From Epithemia pelagica (Eukaryota > Protista > Bacillariophyta): a DNA stretch of 64,000 nucleotides. The position numbers were made by a program, and so were the translations under genes. The stretch is from NCBI GenBank assembly GCA_946965045.2, contig OX337237.1, forward strand, positions 1,736,001 through 1,800,000. Direction: 5' to 3'. The stretch's first letter is position 1. Every line of letters begins with the position of its first letter. A model generated the notes under the pieces. The model ran no database searches. It was not told the origin of the DNA and saw only the letters and a program-made list of their open reading frames with translations. Below, in pieces: positions 55,073 to 64,000 of this stretch.

Positions 55073-56843
55073 TTACTCCATACCCTCCGTCGGATCCATC
55101 TGACCTTTATTACCCATCTGTTTCCCTGCTCGCATAACCTCGTCCACAAGAAGCAATTGGTTCGCTAAGACCGTGGAGAGGTAGAGCGACTGTCGTTTGA
55201 CGCGTAAATTATCCCACACTCCCGCGTCAATTGGGCTCATTGGTAAGCCACTATCAATGTCAAGACCAACGGGAGAGCTTCCACTTGATGCTTCGTCCTG
55301 CAGCGCTAAAATAGTTTCCTGGACATCATGACCAGAGTTTGACGCCAAAGTCTTGGGGATCACCAGCAATGCTTGAGCAAAAGCTTGGATTCCAACCTTA
55401 TACTTTCCCTTGGTTTCTTTGGCTACTGTTTCTGTTAGATGTTGATGAAGCGCAACTTCCACAGCTCCAGCTCCTGGAACAACGCACTTGTCTTCGAGAG
55501 CGTTTTTCACTGTTCGTAATCCATCCTTAACAGCGTCTTGAATCTGAGATATGGACAACTTGTTTGGTCCATGAAGAAGAAGCGTACAAGAGTGGGCATT
55601 TGGACAGTCTTCAACGAATGTGTACTTTGAATCATCATCATCGTAACTGACCACACGAACTTGCCCGGCGTGTCCTAGAACGTCTTTGTTTAGGTCTGAA
55701 AGCGAAAGCAAGATTTGACCTCCAGCTGCCAACACAAGTCGATCCAAGTTTCGCCGCTTTGCACGTCGCAAGCACAAGATGCCTTCCTTAGCAAACATAT
55801 CAAGCGACAAGGGATCTACTCCTTTCTGATTGATGATACAGAATGTCTCGCCGTTTGTGCAGACTTCACGTTTGAGAGCGACAATCTGGCGACACCGCTC
55901 ATCAAGCCAGGCACGTTCGGATTCGACAAGTTTTTCTCGCTGTTCCGCAGTTTGATAAGTGAAGGAGGTTTGTGTTTCGGTCTGCTCGTATTCTAAGCTG
56001 ATGTTACAGGTTAGAATGAACACATTTTTTAATGATGTAGGCATATCAGGGTGGCGATTGCCATGGTCCAAGACCAATCCCTTGACAAAGCGACTATCAC
56101 TTGCAGATTGGCGTTGCAAAGTCATTATTTCGACGCGCGTTAAATCCAATGGTTCACTGGGAGATGTCCAAATTGTTTGGATGGCTTGTACCACTGCTGA
56201 CGCGATCTGCAAAAAAATTCCAAAAAGCCAAGCGATGAGAGTTTCGGATCATCCAAGAAGGAAGTTTCACCCGTTTGCTTACCTGAGGAACGAGTCCTGG
56301 ATCCAGCTTCGTACCGAGCGTGGTGGTGGCAACCTGAGTAAGAAGATTTGTCATTGCTAAACTGGATATGTCCGTTTGATTTGTTTCATTTCCTTCAACT
56401 TCCGTGAAAAGAGGCACCTCATGAGTTAGAGTTTTAAGGAATTCGAGACTTGCGTCTCTCGCAATATCATAGCCCTTCGTAAGCACACGTGGATGCAAGC
56501 CTTCGGACACTTGTCGCTGCGCTTGTTCCAACAAAGCTCCAACGAGCAAGACTGTAGACGTCGTCCCATCACCTGTAATATCATCCTGGGCAGTTGCCGT
56601 TCGAGCAATCAAGGCCGCTGTAGGATGCTGGATTTGCATTTCTTTCAGAAGCGTTAATCCATCTTTCGTTAGTTTAAGTTGATCCAAAGTCCCTCCAACG
56701 AGGAGCTTGAGAGTACCTTTCGGACCCAAGTTACTGGAGAGCACTTGACTCAAACCAGATGCAGCAGCGCAGTTGACCGCCAAAGCTTGTCGTGAGTGCA
56801 CAATCTCCGCGTTAGGTGATAGTTCTTCCAATGCCGACGTCAT
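55073..56843 (-). CDS. CCT6: Chaperonin CCT subunit zeta, 2 exons (56843-56283, 56206-55073)
   Basis: [68 protein letters not shown]-like [30 protein letters not shown]. Confidence 0.95.
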
Positions 56844-57349
56844 GGTTAAAAGTTAAAGGGGTGGAGAAAAATGAATGAGAGCAACGACGAATATTTCAGA
56901 AAAAAGGGAACGCACTTAGGTCGCATCATCCCTTTTCGGTGATTATGAGTGATGATGATTGTAACCTTACGCAAGATAGCACTAATAGTACGTCTTCCAA
57001 TCTAGCAATGCGAGTTTGAAGCTTTGGCCTTGGATTATCAAAATAGTCTAGATTTTCGATACAAACTTAGCATCGAAGTGGATCTCTTATTATTACTGTC
57101 ATTTCTTTGTTGAACCCCTAACCCATGATTACGATATTGGTGTAGCATAAACTTTCCGTGTGATAATACCGATACAATTTGTCTTTTCATCGATTCCAGA
57201 TTGGTGCGATGGGCAAAAGATAATGCTCTATTCCATAAGTCTCACGGGCACTCGAAGCTACAATACCTAGTGATGCGACTCGCGGGAAGACAAGAAAGGC
57301 CCAACAATGATAGGCAGCAACGTGCATCAATAACGTCCAAGCTTCGATA

Positions 57350-58306
57350 TTACTGTGCCTTGCGTTTGACCTTGCCAAGCAAAATATCGCTATTTTTGAT
57401 ACCTCCCGTTGACGATAAGCCTTTTGATGATTTCCGTTTTGGGTATTTTGCTCCCAACAATCGCTTCTCGACGTTATCAAACTCAGATTGATGTCCAGTG
57501 ACAAACAACTCCAGGTTTTCCGACTCCTTCTGAAATTTAGATGCCCACTCCTCGAGATCATTTTGCTTATTTTGAGGGTTTGCCGGGGAAGGGGCCATTC
57601 CCAATTGCTTCAGTGTGATTTCTTGTTCTCTTATTTCCATTAGAGGCTCTGCACCCATGACGAGTTTGAAAAAGCCCCGAAGACCGTACATCGTGAGGAA
57701 ATACCACGAGATAGATGATACATAGGATGGGTCAAGGTCGGGCATGGAATCTGCAAGCCCTTTCTGAAACATTGATTTGAACCCAGAAGTTAGAGCGAAT
57801 GGTATCTTGAGCATGATGAATCCCGAAAAGAAGTACTGAATGCCCTGCATCATGATCATGTTCTGAACCATGAAGGCCATGTTTCCCTTCAGCATACCCA
57901 TCGGATTCATCATGGCGGCCATTGGGTCGTCGTCTTCGGATCCATCATTGCTTTTTTCGGATTGTTTCTTCTCGTGTTGATCAATGAACATATCGGCATG
58001 ATCAGTCAGTTCCTGAATCACGAAAAGTCGGCGGATGTGCCATCGAGTTGTGGATATGTAGTGTGATGCTCCCGATTTCAATTTAGTTAATCGATTGAAT
58101 TGGTTGTTACAATGCACTCCGACTGTTTTGCTTTTCTCATACGGACCCGCTAGGTAACGTCCAACCAACCCTCGCAACAAACCAGCGATAACCATTACCA
58201 AAAAGAGCGGTAACACCACCCAGTCACGAATAGCTGGATCGAGAAACAAGGTTGATCCAACCCGATCTGGATTCGACTCAATAAGCGAAGTGAAGGTTGC
58301 CGCCAT
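57350..58306 (-). CDS. EMC3: ER membrane protein complex subunit 3
   Basis: LFLDPAIRDWVVLPLFLVMVIAGLLR; NPMGMLKGNMAFMV...FFSGFIMLKIPFALTSGFKSMFQKG...LDPSYVSSISWYFL. Confidence 0.94.
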   Translation of the reverse strand: MAATFTSLIESNPDRVGSTLFLDPAIRDWVVLPLFLVMVIAGLLRGLVGRYLAGPYEKSKTVGVHCNNQFNRLTKLKSGASHYISTTRWHIRRLFVIQELTDHADMFIDQHEKKQSEKSNDGSEDDDPMAAMMNPMGMLKGNMAFMVQNMIMMQGIQYFFSGFIMLKIPFALTSGFKSMFQKGLADSMPDLDPSYVSSISWYFLTMYGLRGFFKLVMGAEPLMEIREQEITLKQLGMAPSPANPQNKQNDLEEWASKFQKESENLELFVTGHQSEFDNVEKRLLGAKYPKRKSSKGLSSTGGIKNSDILLGKVKRKAQ

Positions 58307-60699
58307 GCTTGAAATTAGTTCTCCTCTTCCACTCTCTTCTTCAGTTTTTCAAGTTTTGACTCTGCTGTTGGATAAAGGTCCCTATTTCGGGGGTACGGAA
58401 GTACAGAATGCACAAATGAACGAAACTTCCCCTGTTTGAAGTTTGAGTCTGGGGGGACCCCTTATTTCTAAGTAGTAGTTTTCGGTTTTTGTTTTTTGTC
58501 CTCGGCTGCAAAAAGGGCACAGATGATTCGAAAATTTTCTTCGTGCGCAGTTTTTTCAAAGGGTCAGCGCCAGCCGTGTCGAAACGTCAGCCTGCCATCG
58601 ATCGTTTAAAATCTGAACGCCGGCCTCGAATCGTATTTTGTGCCACAAACCATCTCATCATCCATGACTCCACTCTCGTTTACTCCTTACCCCTCAAACT
58701 AAAAACACATTGCTTGTAGCCTTCAGCACTTTTTCTCTTTTTCATGAATCAATCCCTTCCATCTTATAGGTAACGAGATTAATACAGTTTATCCGACCCT
58801 TCTATTCGAATAAACACTACGATCGACAAATGAAACCAGAAGAGAAAAAATCTCTTGTGGCCACATAAAATGGCATCGAGCCCACTGACAAGCTGGAAGG
58901 AAGGGGTTTGATAAGGATTAAAGAGGTAATCACTCGATACGACAATGATATAGTTATGATAGGAATAGGTTGCAAATAGTTGATGATATTGTGATTACAT
59001 GAAGTGATTATCTAGATTGGATCCTTTCGATCCCCGGTTCCCATTGATGCAATCCTGGATCTTGGATCAAGGTGTAAAAGACTTCTAGACAGAAAAGATC
59101 GCCGTCTAGTGCCTACTCTCACTGTGTGCCTATTACGCGCGAAAGTGTGCCAGTGGGCACATAGTTTCAACTAGATAGAACTCGACCAATATCAGCCTTA
59201 TGATAATGATCGGATGCTCCTTTCTTATCTCTAAAGCATCCTCTGCCACCACTTGATGCCCCATTTGGCCATAGGACTTTTCATGGTTGTAGGAGAGCCT
59301 CTATCAGAGGTTTTGTGCAGTGTGCAGTGTGTGGGCACACTTTGGGCACACTCTGGAAACTCATTTAAAGCTCGACTAATGGCCTTGTTATCTCCTAATA
59401 TTCAAACTTGTTGGCAATGCACGGCTCCTGGGTCTCGTCAGACTCAAATGACAGAATGTGGTCCACACCAATGGACGAATTGCGCTTCCCAAGTGTGCGA
59501 GATGCCATGTTCTCCTTGTCCGACTCGTGTTCATCATCGTTGTTGTAAGTGCATTCCATTCCATTGAGGTTCTTCACGGCATCTGAACTCTGTTGATTGT
59601 TGCATGATTTCTCAGACAGGTTCGCCTTGAAGTGCATGGTCATCAGCATGTAAAAAGGAGGCGGAGACGATGACTTCTTTGCCGGACAGAAAGCAGACAA
59701 ATTCTTGTTGTCATCGTTGGCTTCCGAAGTGGCAATGAGGACATTGCTCTTCTGCACTTCCTTGACTTTTGGTCCCTTCTTGTTCTTCATGCTGGGAGGA
59801 TTCTTCTTCATCTTGTTCGACACTTTCTTGCTTGCTGTTGTTGTCGTCTTCATTGGTTTTTGAGATGACTTGGTTTTGGCTTGGTTGGCACCGGCAGCAG
59901 GACCAAGAATGAAGCTTGTCACCATCGCTTCATCCGACTGTGCCTTGATGCACTGTTGATTGCGCAAACTTGTTCGACGGCCGTTGATAATAGTCGACGT
60001 GGTGCTTGTTGTCTCTCCATGCATTCAGGGAAAATGTGAGAAGACCAGTCGTGTATGTTGCAATAGGTTCCGAACGGAACTGAAAGTCACGCCTGCTGTC
60101 GACAAAATTTCTTAACTAGGAGGTGCGGGCCATGACACAACGCATGGCGCAAAAAAAAATCCATGCCCTCACAAATCCCAAAACGAGAACGGAAACAAAC
60201 ACAGCAACAAACCTCGTGCATAGCTGCAACACGGACAAGTAAGTAAAGCACAACACACCAACTAATAATGCTACGTGAATTTTCTTTCCCTTTCTCACAT
60301 TTTGAACAGTTCCAACACATCAATTATCCTCAGCATGATGACGACAAAGAATAAGAAATTTCAGACCATGCAACTTGTGAACCTTTTTTCTATTGCTGGA
60401 TGGATTCCTCTTGGATCCGTTTGCGTCCAGCAACGAACCTACCAGCAACAAGGTTCCCCGTCGCAACACCAAGAAAAACACCAACCGCAACAACAAGCAC
60501 GTCCCGTCTCCTCTATACCCCTACAGTGCACAACCCATTGTGTTTCAGCAACAGTCCTAACGAGACAAATCGCTCGTGGTCTACGTTCCTCCGTTTCTTC
60601 CATAGTGTTGCGAGCATCACCTCCTCTGTATCAATCCTTCCGCCCATACATACTACTTAGATCATGTTCTTCATTGGTACGCACTTGCTTTGTCCAACT

Positions 60700-62090
60700 A
60701 CCACTACTAGTATATGTTCCAAGTGGTCCGGAAGGAACCCTGCCCATTGTGTGTCACCCGACGCATTGGGAGCTTCATAAGACAACCTGTTGCAATGTCA
60801 CCAGAAACCTTTTGGAATGAAACAAACAACAATAAAACGGATGAGTTGGTCTCCTTCAAAACGGCCTGGAACAGCACAGCAACTTACCTTGAACTCTGTC
60901 CCCAGCGGCTCTGGCTTACGCTTAATATAGAACAAGTTGGGGAGTGTTGACATTTGTGTGGTCCTTGGTTGGAAGGCACTCATTGTCTCATCCATGGTGA
61001 TTGTGGATGAGGAAGCCACGGTTCTCCGACGGTTGTTGTTGAACTCGTCGACCAATGGCATTATCTGGTTCCATTTTCGGCCGTGGTTGTCCCCTTCGAA
61101 GGCACGGGGAAGAACCTCTTTGCTGTCGAAGAACCAAGTCTTCGACATCACATTCATGCCGTTCTTGCTGACATTGATTCTGGGTGAAAGCTGCCGATGA
61201 GACGAATCCTCATTAAAAAAAGACGAATACCACCTTTGTGACACGGAGCCACTCTGATCACGATGCCCCAGAACACCCACCACTCATGCTCAGTCACAGC
61301 CCGGAAATGTCGGCTTCTCACTGCCTTCATTCTGCTCATTGATTGCTGTGTTTAAATTGTGCAGCTGCTTTTGCCAACTACCTGTAAGACAAACAGAAGA
61401 AGGTGAGAATTAGTCAGACCATCTTGGCAACACGGCATGGCAAATTCAACAATCAATCACTAACCTGGACACATATGGATCAAAAGGCGCAAAAATGGAA
61501 AGTCGTAGCTTTGGTTGGTGGTTGACAAGTTGGTAGGCAAAAATGACGGGTGGAAGTCATATCCGATAACACCAACATGCTCAAACTCTTCAACAGGATT
61601 GTCGGGTGTTGAGTCACCATCAACAATTTGCCACGTGAAAACGCGCTCGTCGTAAATTTTGCGAAGATCTCTACGCCCGGTAAGTGAAAGAGTCACTTCC
61701 TCGTCACCGTCAAACAGCACATTCCAGTGGGGCGTGCCTTGAATACTGTCTGGGTGCTTACCGACTGCAGTCCCATAACACGGATTGTTTTCCTTCTCCT
61801 CTCTGACCCTGTCACCAATCTCGATGCTGTTTTCACTTGGTGGACCAACTTGGACAGTCCAGTAGTTTTCCTCTACCAACTGTTTTTCTGTTCATGTAAT
61901 GCTGGTATCTGGTTCTACACACCTACCTGCTTTCAAGTTCATTAGCAAGGGCGGCACTATTTGGATCGATTGGATCTTCGTCGTTGGAAAAGAAAAACGT
62001 ATAGTCTTCCACCATGCCGTTGATGTATGGATCCAACGACACATCCGACATCTCATCATCATTCGTCTGCTTAACAGCAGGAATGAACAT
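60700..62090 (-). pseudogene. Decayed piggyBac-like (DDE_Tnp_1_7/PGBD) transposase gene with introns
   Basis: FLRLLIHM.PG|SWQKQL, VTEHEWWVFWGIV, KWNQIMPLVDEFNNNR, ITMDETMSAFQPR, LPNLFYIKRKPEPLGTEFK|VSGDIATGCLMKL. Putative ATG at 62090. Multiple stops and frameshifts. Confidence 0.75.
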
Positions 62091-62599
62091 ACACTACATA
62101 GCTAGGCTAGAATCGTCTAGAAATACCCTTAAAAAATGGGCAACCAGGAATCTACATCTCTCAGTTACTGTCAAATCAGTTTTGCTGACGTTGCATTCGC
62201 GACTCACTTAGATTCACGATTTTCTCACTCCCACGTAACTTCGCGATGACGAACGATGACACTAAGATGGATCGTCGTCGTGGACGAATTGGCAAGTGGG
62301 CGACAGGAGATCGTGTGTGTATCAATATTCGTTGGATCCAGCGCTATGACATGTGTATACCTTACCTGTTCCACCATGGAAAGGGTTGTATTTCGTTTAC
62401 GGCCATACCAAGCCCCTCCTTGATACAGTTTCATCCACCATACCGAATCGACCAAAAGTCCCTTAAGCGGTCGGTTGGTTCTTGGAACGCCTTTCTGGAT
62501 ACAAGGAAGATGGAATCTTTCGTGTCTGGGTGTTTCATCCATACTACGTCCCATTCCTAGCTCGAATGATGTGCTGGATGATTTTGTTTGGCAGCTCTT

Positions 62600-63000
62600 G
62601 ACCAAGAAGGCAAACCAGCAAAAGATTGACAAGGAGAAGAGAATCTACGAAGAGTTTGGTCGGGTCCAGTTTCTTGGCTTTATTTGATGGACCGAAATGG
62701 AAGCACCAACGCAAAATGGTTGCTCCTGCATTCAATTCCAGTTTTCTTCAGCATGTTCATGATTGCGTCTTCGGTCGTCTCGAGAAACACTTTTCCTGCA
62801 CTACGACAAAGGTCAACAGAATGCAAGCAATGAATGGAGTAAATTTTCTCATCATTTGGATGCGATGGAATGGAGTGCTCGATTGGCTCTGGATGTCATG
62901 GGGCTCGCTTCTTTCTCGTATAGTTTTGGTGGAATGGAGTCTTTTACGGGCCATGATAAGAGTAGGCCGCAGAACAACAAGACCATTGCATCGTTGCCAT
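62600..63000 (+). pseudogene. Cytochrome P450 fragment
   Basis: C-helix WxxxR in GPKWKHQRKMVAPAFNSSFL, followed in another frame by DAMEWSARLALDVMGLASFSYSF. No heme-binding Cys region found. Confidence 0.75.
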
Positions 63001-63656
63001 ACTTAGATGCAGTGGTTCGCAATCGCTGCGATTGCATTGCCCTGGGTGGGAGGAACGTGTTTCAACCGGATAGGTTTCTTCATGACAGAGAAAGCAGGAA
63101 CCAACAGAGAATGGTTCTTTTCCCATGAGAATCAAGCCTCAAATTGCTCGATAAGGTGGGATGGTGAACGAACAAACAAGTCATTCTCTTATTCCTATTA
63201 ATTTGACGCAATAGTACTGCTATGGGAATTCACACGTTGCAACGGGCAACTCGAATGTTTGGCCTATGTCTGGACAAGATGCGCCTTAAAAAATTCTGTC
63301 TTCGGTTCAAAGAAAAGGGGACCATTGCTCCACCCGACCACTTTCTTGAGTTTTTCCACCAGAGCTCCCCGAAATTTTTCAATGGGCTGTAAGTCACTGC
63401 GCATGATTTTACCATCAATGGCTGGAGACCGATCGACCCCCACTTGTTTCATTCGCTTGTTCAATTTTTTGCTCACATCTGCCTTTTCAACAAGGTTCAA
63501 TCTTTTTTCCTATCAATTTCGTTTGACTCGTTAGTCTTTTCGTCGAATGTTTTTTCAAGCTTTGAACGAAGTGTCTCTGAGGCTTTCCGGTGAGTTGCTC
63601 CTCATTAGCTTTTCGTTGTCTCCCACTTGCAAGCTCCTCATCCTTTGCCTTTTCAA

Positions 63657-63998
63657 TCACATCCATAGCAGTGAGTATGTGTGACTTGCTCGCAGGGCAC
63701 CTGTTGGACTGGTTTTCAGTACTGAAGACGCTTCTGACTCATTGACTTTTCGCGATGCTCTCTTGTTAATGGTAGATCGTGCTAAAACTACTAGGACACT
63801 TTGGATGCCTTGTCCACGTCCTTGGGTTGCCACTATGGATGATTCACAAATGCAAGCTTCAATGTAATGTGTCGAACTCATCAATGGAAGAACATGGGTC
63901 AGTATCCAGTCTCGGAGCTGCTTCATGTCTGAGTCATGATTTGTCACTGTGTCATCCCAGAGTCCCTGGCAGTTCTCAACATCTGCAAGCTTTGTCAA
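63657..63998 (-). pseudogene. Possible gene or transposon relic truncated at the window edge
   Basis: 113-aa frame (VLPLMSSTHYIEACICESSIVATQGRG) that loosely recalls transposase-derived proteins; no diagnostic motif. Confidence 0.25.
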
Positions 63999-64000
63999 TG

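Noticed and set aside
59395-60024. 209-aa Lys/Ser/Thr-rich minus-strand ORF
   Set aside because: Low complexity, no domain, in a decayed region; cannot support it as a gene.
60111-62132. TTAA sites as piggyBac boundaries
   Set aside because: Sequences inside the two TTAA sites are not inverted repeats.

Overview
Compact eukaryotic genome segment, most likely a diatom or other stramenopile. This is an inference from short GT-AG introns, dense genes, a diatom-type long LINE and diatom-style protein families. Housekeeping genes: kinesin-14, NDUFS4, RAB1, RAN, ATG3, Fpg, SF3B2, PHB1, CCT6 and EMC3. Less ordinary genes: an RluA pseudouridine synthase fused to a Janus/PHP14 phosphohistidine-phosphatase domain; an ArsJ-like MFS exporter with a Cys-rich insert; a large mucin-like surface protein with a 72-bp higher-order repeat; and a multi-TM protein with a bacterial-type alpha/beta hydrolase. 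There are two decayed islands. The first (about 30.3-46.3 kb) holds a PLD/Nuc-like gene, an ankyrin-like relic and a DExH-CCCH helicase pseudogene. That helicase is split by a full-length 9,067-bp APE-RT-RNaseH LINE (35242-44308) with an exact 16-bp target-site duplication and a (TA)8 tail. The second (about 58.7-64 kb) holds an intron-containing piggyBac-like transposase relic and a cytochrome P450 relic. Several otherwise intact genes carry single-base frameshifts, which may be assembly errors. Splice sites and frameshifts were read by eye, and family calls rest on recognised motifs, not database searches.
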